The position numbers were made by a program, and so were the translations under genes. DNA of 64,000 nucleotides from contig NW_027266279.1 in NCBI RefSeq assembly GCF_022045235.1, positions 3,472,001 through 3,536,000 of the forward strand, in the 5' to 3' direction. The stretch is from Haliotis cracherodii (taxonomy: Eukaryota). How positions within the stretch are numbered: the stretch's first letter is position 1; every line of letters starts with the position of its first letter. This document shows positions 12,801 to 23,853 of the stretch, piece after piece. The notes beneath the pieces are model-generated. The model did no database searches and had not been told where the DNA came from. It worked only from the letters and a program-made list of their open reading frames with translations.

Positions 12801-14626
12801 CTTCACAGTTACGTCTATCCACAGTAGAATAAACGGTGTGAATGATCATATAGCAAATACACAAGGCCTTTTATACAAATGGATAAGGAAATCAGGACAC
12901 TATGAATCGAAATACTCCCAATGGAGAAAGAAAGAGAACAAGTTCTATTTTGACTTTTTCCTTAACATGTATTTGTAAACTAACACCAGATTATATAATA
13001 TCACCTTGGCATTGGAGAGTTTCATTCTTTTTTATTTACGTCTTCCTGAATAACCATCAAAACCTGCTGTGCATTTGTTACGTAAGGTGGCGCCCCTTGG
13101 ATGTTTCTCTGTTGGATTAAATGCAAGGTGCACTGACTCATCCAATGAATTCAAAGCAAATATGACATACAAAAACATGAATGGACAGATGTCTATAAAA
13201 TGCAAGAACAATGATTAGCTGTTAATATCCTGTTACTATAGGTTTCGTTATGCAGTTTCTTGGTCCCATCAATGACTATTGTAAAAGACGTATATCTGAA
13301 ATGAGCAAACAGTAGATACTGCATGCTTTTCATTTGATGAAAATACACCGATATTTATGGAATTACAACACGTACTACATGCCTCCATCGCCTTATATGC
13401 TACTCGTAGCACCACACATACACATACTGTAAGTAATATCTACTCAATAATGGACACAGAAGTGACCGTGTAGCCACTTATACACGAGATATTTACACCT
13501 TTCTGAGAAGCGTAGGGATACAATAGGGCTACAGTCTGAAAGCAGAATATGAGACCGCTCCATGTCACACATCTGAGTTGCTTTGTTCAAAGCAGTTAAA
13601 AGAAAGCTAGACAATTAATTCAACTATTGTAGTCTGCATGTTTCAAATATTTCTTTGAACTCTTTCCACACGATCGAAATCGCGTACCAATATATGCTGA
13701 CTGCTGTAACCTGTAAGGAGCATTCTATCTCCATTTGACTCAGCAATACAGTAAACTAAATGTAATGTCAACGGTATTACATTTAAGAAGGAGTGCTAAA
13801 TGACATCCTATTATGGTGTGCGGATAGTGTATCAATGCAGTTAGCACACTGATGGTCAAATGGACAGGTGTGAAGTTAATTAGGTATGGTATGTTGCTAC
13901 TTTAATACTATTGTAATTCTCCACAAGGTCAAAACTGCTAAAATGCAGAAACGTCTAAAAGTGGACAAGAACAAGGCAGATGTGAAGCATTTGGGGACGA
14001 TTATGTAGGGTTGAAAATTCTTTAAATCTTGAGACAAAACATATTAGAGGGGAAGAGTTCTGTTTTTGACGCATACACAGTGAAGACAAAATGTTGAAAT
14101 ACATTAAAAGCAAAATGTTCTCATAGCTTAGATATAAAGGTATTTTGCAATTATCAACGGAATCTGTTAAGCTAATTCTAGAGACGATGTGTATGATTTC
14201 ACTAGTGGAAACTGATATATACCATGTATTTACAATTCTCTTTCCGACAACACAGTCAAGTCAAGAAGTGAATTATTTGCAATGTTTAATTGTAAATTAC
14301 CTTTTGTATTAGGAGGATTCATATGCCAACAATGGTACTAAAACTAACTCTCGCTGTGCAGCTGTTTTTGTAATAAACAGATACTGTTCTCCGTATGTGC
14401 GTTTGTATTATACATCATGTACCACATAGGAGATATGTGTTTCTTCTTTGAATTTGCAGGTAAGCAGTAAGTAGATACAAAGTTGAAAAGACGTATTCAT
14501 TTCATGGTTTTATTTGAAGTCGTTTCTCAAAGTTGACATTGAATAGTGTGGTGTAGCCAACGAGGCTATGACAACGATGACATCAAATGTCCAGCATTTG
14601 ATAGAAATGTGAAGAGCCTGTTGAGT

Positions 14627-15282
14627 TTAACCATGGTGGCCACCGCCTCCATGGCCACCTCCTCCATGGCCGCCGCCACCGTGACCACCTCCGTGGCCAC
14701 CACCACCGTGACCACCGCCACCGCCGCCGCCACCATGACCACCTCCGTGGCCGCCACCTCCATGTCCGCCGCCACCATGACCCCCACCACCTTTGCCGCC
14801 TCCTCCGTGGCCGCCACCCCCTTTGCCACCGCCTCCTTTTCCGCCACCTCCTCCGTGGCCGCCACCTCCTTTGCCACCGCCTCCTTTGCCACCACCTCCT
14901 TTGCCACCGCCTCCTTTGCCACCGCCTCCTTTGCCACCGCCTCCCTTTCCACCGCCTCCATGTCCTCCTCCGCCTCCTTTGCCGCCACCCCCTCCGTGGC
15001 CACCATAGGCAGAGCCAAAGAAGGCTGTGAACACTAGAAAGGAGAACAGTGCATCTGTAGTTAAATGTCTTTAAAGAACAACGCAAGAATATAGTTTTCA
15101 ACCTCATAATGTTGCCAATTACCTTTTGTACGCTCTTTAAGTCACGTTGTTGTAGAAAATACGCAATGAATTAAAAGATAAGTGAATTTATCAGTCCACA
15201 TTTCAATAGAACTCACACAGCTCACGTTTGAAAGGTTGAACTTACCCAAGGCCACAACGAGTGCAATTTTATAGAGCTGCAT
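14627..15282 (-). CDS. Gly/His/Lys-rich peptide, copy 7; exon1 15246-15282, exon2 14627-15033; 147 aa
   Basis: Splice sites and ORF intact. Confidence 0.9.
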
Positions 15283-17109
15283 CTTCACAGTTACGTCTAT
15301 CCACAGTAGAATAAACGGTGTGAATGATCATATAGCAAATACACAAGGCCTTTTATACAAATGGATAAGGAAATCAGGACACTATGAATCGAAATACTCC
15401 CAATGGAGAAAGAAAGAGAACAAGTTCTATTTTGACTTTTTCCTTAACATGTATTTGTAAACTAACACCAGATTATATAATATCACCTTGGCATTGGAGA
15501 GTTTCATTCTTTTTTATTTACGTCTTCCTGAATAACCATCAAAACCTGCTGTGCATTTGTTACGTAAGGTGGCGCCCCTTGGATGTTTCTCTGTTGGATT
15601 AAATGCAAGGTGCACTGACTCATCCAATGAATTCAAAGCAAATATGACATACAAAAAAATGAATGGACAGATGTCTATAAAATGCAAGAACAATGATTAG
15701 CTGTTAATATCCTGTTACTATAGGTTTCGTTATGCAGTTTCTTGGTCCCATCAATGACTATTGTAAAAGACGTATATCTGAAATGAGCAAACAGTAGATA
15801 CTGCATGCTTTTCATTTGATGAAAATACACCGATATTTATGGAATTACAACACGTACTACATGCCTCCATCGCCTTATATGCTACTCGTAGCACCACACA
15901 TACACATACTGTAAGTAATATCTACTCAATAATGGACACAGAAGTGACCGTGTAGCCACTTATACACGAGATATTTACACCTTTCTGAGAAGCGTAGGGA
16001 TACAATAGGGCTACAGTCTGAAAGCAGAATATGAGACCGCTCCATGTCACACATCTGAGTTGCTTTGTTCAAAGCAGTTAAAAGAAAGCTAGACAATTAA
16101 TTCAACTATTGTAGTCTGCATGTTTCAAATATTTCTTTGAGCTCTTTCCACACGATCGAAATCGCCTACCAATATATGCTGACCGCTGTAACCTGTAAGG
16201 AGCATTCTATCTCCATTTGACTCAGCAATACAGTAAACTAAATGTAATGTCAACGGTATTACATTTAAGAAGGAGTGCTAAATGACATCCTATTATGGTG
16301 TGCGGATAGTGTATCAATGCAGTTAGCACACTGATGGTCAAATGGACAGGTGTGAAGTTAATTAGGTATGGTATGTTGCTACTTTAATACTATTGTAATT
16401 CTCCACAAGGTCAAAACTGCTAAAATGCAGAAACGTCTAAAAGTGGACAAGAACAAGGCAGATGTGAAGCATTTGGGGACGATTATGTAGGGTTGAAAAT
16501 TCTTTAAATCTTAAGACAAAACATATTAGAGGGGAAGAGTTCTGTTTTTGACGCATACACAGTGAAGACAAAATGTTGAAATACATTAAAAGCAAAATGT
16601 TCTCATAGCTTAGATATAAAGGTATTTTGCAATTATCAACGGAATCTGTTAAGCTAATTCTAGAGACGATGTGTATGATTTCACTAGTGGAAACTGATAT
16701 ATACCATGTATTTACAATTCTCTTTCCGACAACACAGTCAAGTCAAGAAGTGAATTATTTGCAATGTTTAATTGTAAATTACCTTTTGTATTAGGAGGAT
16801 TCATATGCCAACAATGGTACTAAAACTAACTCTCGCTGTGCAGCTGTTTTTGTAATAAACAGGATACGGTTCTCCGTATGTGCGTTTGTATTATACATCA
16901 TGTACCACATAGGAGATATGTGTTTCTTCTTTGAATTTGCAGGTAAGCAGTAAGTAGATACAAAGTTGAAAAGACATATTCATTTCATGGTTTTATTTGA
17001 AGTCGTTTCTCAAAGTTGACATTGAATAGTGTGGTGTAGCCAACGAGGCTATGACAACGATGACATCAAATGTCCAGCATTTGATAGAAATGTGAAGAGC
17101 CTGTTGAGT

Positions 17110-17750
17110 TTAACCATGGTGGCCACCGCCTCCATGGCCGCCGCCACCGTGACCACCTCCGTGGCCACCACCACCGTGACCACCGCCGCCGCCGCCGCCA
17201 CCATGACCACCTCCGTGGCCGCCACCTCCATGTCCGCCGCCACCATGACCCCCACCACCTTTGCCGCCTCCTCCGTGGCCGCCACCCCCTTTGCCACCGC
17301 CTCCTTTTCCGCCACCTCCTCCGTGGCCGCCACCTCCTTTGCCACCGCCTCCTTTGCCACCGCCTCCTTTGCCACCGCCTCCTTTGCCACCGCCTCCTTT
17401 GCCACCGCCTCCCTTTCCACCGCCTCCATGTCCTCCTCCGCCTCCTTTGCCGCCACCCCCTCCGTGGCCACCATAGGCAGAGCCAAAGAAGGCTGTGAAC
17501 ACTAGAAAGGAGAACAGTGCATCTGTAGTTAAATGTCTTTAAAGAACAACGCAAGAATATAGTTTTCAACCTCATAATGTTGCCAATTACCTTTTGTACG
17601 CTCTTTAAGTCACGTTGTTGTAGAAAATACGCAATGAATTAAAAGATAAGTGAATTTATCAGTCCACATTTCAATAGAACTCACACAGCTCACGTTTGAA
17701 AGGTTGAACTTACCCAAGGCCACAACGAGTGCAATTTTATAGAGCTGCAT
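17110..17750 (-). CDS. Gly/His/Lys-rich peptide, copy 8; exon1 17714-17750, exon2 17110-17501; 142 aa (one GGGGH unit fewer)
   Basis: Intact, with an in-frame 15-nt deletion relative to copies 4 and 7. Confidence 0.9.
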
Positions 17751-18867
17751 CTTCACAGTTACGTCTATCCACAGTAGAATAAACGGTGTGAATGATCATA
17801 TAGCAAATACACAAGGCCTTTTATACAAATGGATAAGGAAATCAGGACACTATGAATCGAAATACTCCCAATGGAGAAAGAAAGAGAACAAGTTCTATTT
17901 TGACTTTTTCCTTAATATGTATTTGTAAACTAACACCAGATTGTATAATATCACCTTGACATTGGAGAGTTTCATTCTTTTTTATTTACGTCTTCCTGAA
18001 TAACCATCAAAACCTGCTGTGCATTTGTTACGTAAGGTGGCGCCCCTTGGATGTTTCTCTGTTGGATTAAATGCAAGGTGTACTGACTCATCCAATGAAT
18101 TCAAAGCAAATATGACATACAAAAAATGAATGGACAGATGTCTATAAAATGCAAGAACAATGATTAGCTGTTATTATCATGTTACTATAGGTTTCGTTAT
18201 GCAGTTTCTTGGTCCCATCAATGACTATTGTAGAAGACGTATATCTGAAATGAGCAAACAGTAGATACTGCATGCTTTTCATTTGATGAAAATACACCGA
18301 TATTTATGGAATTATAACACGTACTACATGCCTCCATAGCTAGACAATTGATTCAACTATTATAGTCTGTATGTTTAAAATATTTCTTTGAGTTCCTTCC
18401 ACACGATAGAAATCGCGTACCAATACTTGGGGACGATTATGTAGGGTTGAGAATTCTTTAAATATTGAGAGAACACATATTAGAGGGGAAGAGTTCTGTT
18501 TTTGACCCATACACAGTGAAGACAAATGTTGAAATACATTAAATGCAAAATGTTCTCATAGGATAGATATAAAGGTATTTTGCAATTATCAATGGAATCT
18601 GTTAAGCTAATTCTAGAGGCGAAGTGTATGACGTCATCCACATCATCCGAGCCTCTCCTCAATTTCACTTGTGGCAACTATATATATACCATGTATTTAC
18701 AATTCACTTTCCGACAACACAGTCAAGAAGTGAATTATTTGCAATAATCCAGCACTTGATCCTTGCGTTCTTCGTGGAAATGACATTGCGCTGAACGGCG
18801 AAGTCCAAAGGGTCTGCATTTACATGTAGGGCAATTTCAGTCGCGTGCGTTTATGTGTTGTGTGTGT

Positions 18868-19070
18868 TTGTTTTTGTTTTTTGTTTAACGCCGCTTTCGA
18901 TTCCAGCTACATGACGTCAGTCTGTAAATAATCGAGTCTGGACCAAACAATTCACTGATTGATTTCATGAGCGAAGGTCTCCGCAATGGGTATACAATTA
19001 CATGCATCATCCAAATGAACGAGCCCGACCACCCGATCCCGTTAGTCGCCTCTTACGACAAACATAGTCG
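18868..19070 (-). mobile_element. SINE-like family A copy (5'-truncated)
   Basis: Matches the ~240-bp repeat seen at 43425, 59886, 63019 and elsewhere. Confidence 0.75.
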
Positions 19071-19682
19071 TTTCTGAAATGAATGACTATTGTGTACTGA
19101 TGTGTATAAAAGCAGTTATTTTTTACAGAAAACAATCATTCCAAACTCATAGGTTACTGAAACGTTTGACGAAACATATAACGTGACCTATATCTAGTGG
19201 TATCATTCATTTAGTGTGAACCATCAAACGACGTTGAAAAGTTGGACACGACGTCACACCCAAAGGTAAAAAGCAAACAAGGACAATTCCAATGTAATTT
19301 GTCACACACTAGCATCTAAGTTACAGTCGTCATAGAGCAAATAATTGTGCCCAGAATTTCCACAATGACTCTGGTAAGGATCTTCTTAGAAGTCATGTAT
19401 GGACGGATTATTCTCCATGTAAATACGGGGCAATGTGAGTTGAGCGGTCAAAGCAACTACGCGTCATGCCGAAGAGCCGGGTTCGGTAACTTACACAGAT
19501 TTTATTGCACGTCTCCCTTAAGAATTTTGCTAAAATTGTCAGAATAACCAGTTTCTCTCTTAAATAATGCAAATATTTTAACGAAGAATCAGCAGAAAAT
19601 CTGGCAATAAGTCTGTGAATTATGACACGGTATAATCAAAAGTAGTAGGTCTTCAATAGTTTCTTGATCATGTGTATTTTCA

Positions 19683-19707
19683 GGGGGGGGGGGGGGGGGG
19701 GGGGGGG
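19683..19707. repeat. Poly-G run (~25 nt)
   Basis: Read directly from the sequence. Confidence 0.9.
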
Positions 19708-19925
19708 TCAGATAAAACTCATTTTCACGTAAATAAATTATTTCATTGCACATTGAAAGGAAGCTGTTGGGTAGCCGACTGGTTAAACTGTTCTCTCGTT
19801 AGGTCGAAGGCCTGATTCGAGTCTCCGCATAGGAACAATGTTGAGTATTGGTAAAACCACACTCAGTCACAAGTTGATGTCATGTCCACTGCATGGTCAC
19901 ACTCAACAGAGCACTTACTGTCTGA

Positions 19926-20247
19926 GACCGCCTCCTTAGTCTAGTCGTAGAGCTTCCCCCCGGAAAGCGGAAGGTTCGGGGTTCGATCCCCGGCCGCGTC
20001 ATACTAAAAGACGTTAAAAGATGCTAAAACGGTAAAAAGGGGCTTAATCAAAGAGTCAGTATACTGTGTCTGAGTAGCGTATTCATGTTAAACTGCGGCA
20101 TGGCATCTCGGTGGACTAGCACTATAAAATCAGTCCAGACTAGTTCAAGCAGCCACTCACACACACGCACGCACGCACGCACGCACGCACGCACACACGT
20201 CGCTACAGAAGTACATTAATCTTGGAAGAAGCGTTAACCCCCAATTC
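19926..20247 (+). mobile_element. tRNA-headed SINE family D (Meta/MESC-like core), internally deleted
   Basis: A-box TAGTCTAGTCG, B-box GGTTCGATCC, then GTCATACTAAAAGACGTTAAAAGATG. Homologous to 20776-21116. Confidence 0.7.
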
Positions 20248-20775
20248 ACACAAGCACTGTAAAATCTGTATCAGTCCGGACTTGTTCACTTGAAGGTTGA
20301 GTAAACTTTCTGAAGAAGTATATACAAGAAGGTTGGCAGAGGCTGCAACAAAGGCAAAGCACTTCCCATTCACCATAACTCGGGAATGTGAATGCTGCAT
20401 AAGAGCGAATGTTCCCGCAGACAAGAACGTACAAACTTACAACGCTATTCCTGTCATCAGACGTTGGGCTGTTTTTGTTGTTGTTGTTGTTTTATAGTTG
20501 AATGAAACAAATAAAATTAATTTGTGTATTTAAATGTGTTTTTTAATGTTTTGGTAGTAGTTTGTATGGTATATTTTTGGTCGTTCCGGTTAACAGATAT
20601 ATATATTTATTTTTATTGTAATCTACACCCGCCTTATTACCAAAACCCCACCCTCGATTGTCAAGTTTTATATCTCCATTCTATTATGATACATACTCTT
20701 GACCTTCTCCCCACCATTACCCCGCAAGTACCTTCCTACAAAGACAATCGCTGTGTTTTCTATGGAGTCGAAGTG

Positions 20776-21116
20776 AAATGGGGTTTAACGTCGCGTCCAA
20801 GATTATTGCACTTATATAGCGACGTGCATGTACGTGTGTGATTGTGTGGCTGCTTGTACTTGTCCGGACTGATGCCGATTTATAGTGCTAGCTCACTGAG
20901 ATACCATGCCGCAGTTTAACATGAATACCCCACTCAGACACAGTATACTGACTCCGAGCCGACCAGTCCTTGTTTTAGACCCTTAATGCCGAGCGCCAGA
21001 CAGGGTAACAACAAGTACCATCTTTTAACGTCTTTTGGTATGACGCGGTCGGGGATCGAACTCCGGACCTTCCGCTCTCCGGGCGGACGCACTACCACTA
21101 AACCACGGAGGCGGTC
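20776..21116 (-). mobile_element. tRNA-headed SINE family D (Meta/MESC-like core), full length
   Basis: The minus strand reads TGGTTTAGTGG ... AGTTCGATCC GTCATACCAAAAGACGTTAAAAGATGGTACTTG...TGGCGCTCGGCATTAAGGG, resembling the MetaSINE central domain (from recall). Tail CGACGTTAAACC. A third, degenerate copy lies at ~37345-37560. Confidence 0.7.
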
Positions 21117-21382
21117 TGCTGTGAATTGGAAAATGAGTTGTATTTCAAAATGTCAGGAGCTAAAGTATTTGAAAATGAATGACATTAATTATACATGCAG
21201 ATCCTATTTCTATACAGCCGCCATTTTGTAGTCATGGATACGTGAGAGATGACAACGTGAGAGAAAAATCACTTCCGCGTTTCCCCCGTGATGTCAATCA
21301 ATTTCGAAGGGAAACATCTTGTGTTAACGAATTTCTATGTAGATTTCAGGTTAATCGAGGCGAATAATAACGAAAGTAACTG

Positions 21383-21750
21383 TCCCATGTCGGGAATCGA
21401 ACCCGGGTCTTCGGCGTGACGGGGGCACGGGTGGCCCAGTCGGTCGTCTAAGGCGACGCCATTCGCTGTGCAGAGTTGCGTCCCTTGGGCACGCCAGAAA
21501 CCTATGATTGTGGGTTCGAATCCCGGTTCGCCCCGATTATGTTTCTAGGTTTGTAAGCACCATACCCGTGCCCGTGGGTTTCACCGAAGTGGTAAACGTC
21601 TGAGACTTGCATCACTTCGGGCTTTCCTCCCACATTAAGCTGACACGTCTTGATATAACTGGAATACTGTTAAAAGCGGCGTTAAACCCACTCACTCGCT
21701 TCGGCGTGACGAGCGAACGCTTTAACCACTAGGCTATCCGGCCGCCCCCT
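21383..21750 (-). mobile_element. SINE family B head (tRNA-Asp-like) split by a nested family C insertion
   Basis: The two halves rejoin to GGATAGCCTAGTGGTTAAAGCGTTCGCTCGTCACGCCGAAGACCCGGGTTCGATTCCCGACATGGG. Confidence 0.8.
21422..21698 (+). mobile_element. SINE family C (tRNA-Leu-like head), full length with TSD
   Basis: Head GTGGCCCAGTCGG..TCTAAGGCG ... GTGGGTTCGAATCCC, tail GCGGCGTTAAACCCACTCACTC. Flanked by CTTCGGCGTGACG (21409-21421 and 21699-21711). Other copies at ~46490-46720 and ~49375-49620. Confidence 0.85.
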
Positions 21751-23853
21751 TTTGAGCATGAACAGTTTTTTTAAGAAAAAAATATTATAGCGAACCTTTT
21801 TGCACAATGGATAAAATTACAACAAAATATTGATTGTGACCCGACTGCAGAATCTACACGGTGATAGGGTTGGACTATGTCTGACTGCGACATAATACAA
21901 CATTCACTCACTTGTAATTGGTAGCCAAATGATTTGCTTTTCATATGATTGTCATATTGCAGGGATATTGCTGAGTGTGGTGTTAAGCAATGAAGAAAAA
22001 AGAATAACCGTTTTTGTTGATACTTTATATCTAAAGCTGCTAAATCGCGTTCTAGATCAAAGATAGACTCGAGACGCTCAGGGTAGGGCGGCATATGACT
22101 TGAATTGATTCAACAGAGAGGGGTTTATTCACTTACCTACGTCACTACACACCTTGAAACTAATTAAAAAAACATCGTATGTTTCGTTGAGTGTCGCATC
22201 ACGATGAACATGTTGCGCTACGGGAGCGCCTCGCATATATAAACAGGACTGGTAAACATCGTTGAACTTAAAAAAAGAAACCCGCGCTTCATTAAAACGT
22301 ACGACGAATAAGGAATGCTTTGAAATGCGCCCCAGACAGCGGTATTCGAGCAATATCCCGACGACCTGTAAATAGTCGAGTGAGCGCCATGTAAACCAGT
22401 GATTGATAGCATGAACATCGAGCCTCGTCACACATTTCAACACACTGTAAATCACTCATTGCAGCCAACGATGGGTTCTCGGTACCTATTCTACCGAAGT
22501 CAAATTTGGTATAACTTTAGCAAATAATTTAATAAAAAAAGCTGATTTACATGATTTCACCCTGGTCACGAACGCTTTGGTCTCTTTTCTTTATGCTTTG
22601 TGGGGCGGGTGGGTAGCAGAATGGTTAAGACGTTCGCTCGTCACGCCGGGTTCGATTCCTGTCGTGAATAAAAATCTAAGGTCCATTCTTTTGTCGCCAA
22701 AAAAGTGGCGTCCACACTCACTCACTTCGACTTCGTATTAATGCATAAACACATAAACATAACAGAAAATCAAAACAAATCATTGATTTTTCTTTCTTTT
22801 TTAGAAAATCAGAAGTGACGATGTAATGTTTTAAATTCAATTTGTATTTTATTGATGTCTATGTAACTGGAATATTTATGACAATATTCACTCACTCACT
22901 AAAGTATGTAAAATAAAGTTGACAGACAGACAGACAGCTAATTATTTATTTGAGTCTCACCCCAGTAATACAGTATAAAATTTACAAACATGTGTAAAAC
23001 AACAACAAAATTATTACTTAGGCCACACAATGCAGAGTTACGAGAGACTAAAACGGTAGTCTGCAGCTAGAGATCGCTAAGTAATCAGCGTGGCAAGCAA
23101 TCGTTGTGAAAACAAAGTGTGCCAGGTGCCCCTCCTCCGACTCACGGCAGTATCCGGGTACGGACGTGAGCCGGGTCTCATCACTGCTGTCAACTCGGAA
23201 CAAACCGGGGAATTCCCTTTCTGTGAACATTGCATTCCATGTAAGCAGCTGAATGTGAAAGAATACGGATCGACTATTTCATGTTCTGGGATGCGCTGGG
23301 AATCATTTTAACTATTTTTTTCATAAATTACGTCACCAAATTTTGTCTCAGGATTTCATAAGGAGGAGGAAAAAACAAATTGAGTGGACAAGATGAATGT
23401 GCAAAAAGATGTGCATGAAAAAAATAAATGTCCGTCGTGAAGGAGTGAAAAAATATACACTGCCGGACAAAAGGAAGTATACACCCGGGTTTGATGGTGA
23501 CTAGAAATGAAACAAACTAGAAATGACGGGGATGTATTTTATACGGGTATCATACTTGTGTTCAAGCTTAAGTTTGTAGTGTTTAGGCGACTGATTTCAT
23601 CCTAATAACGTTTCTATAATGTTTGTAATTTTTTAATCCAATTTTTATCCGAAAAAGTTTAGTAATCGGTCCCTTGAGGAACCAGGATGTCCTGTTGCAT
23701 CCAGCTTTAGCTAGGATGTCACTCTGACTATTTGACTATTGAAACAGTGTTTAAAATGAGATCATCGCTACGTATACTTGTGTATATATAGAACCCTGAG
23801 TAACACGTGAGGCGATGAGGGGTTGGAGGTGATGACGGCATCTTGACATCGAT

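Larger units (their letters stand above)
1..18745. repeat. Tandem gene array of ~2.48-kb units (8 gene copies in window, first truncated by window edge)
   Basis: The same sequence recurs at 470, 2956, 5451, 7934, 10418, 12902, 15384 and 17852 (periods 2486, 2495, 2483, 2484, 2484, 2482, 2468). Units differ by only a few SNPs and small indels. Homology ends at ...TTATTTGCAAT ~18745. Confidence 0.98.

Noticed and set aside
21700-21750. tRNA-like sequences here and at 19930, 22605, 24120, 24830, 55500
   Set aside because: They lack a proper acceptor stem and continue into repeat bodies, so they are SINE heads rather than tRNA genes.
23456-23490. TACACTGCCGGACAAAAG, Tc1 TIR-like start
   Set aside because: No partner TIR or transposase found nearby.
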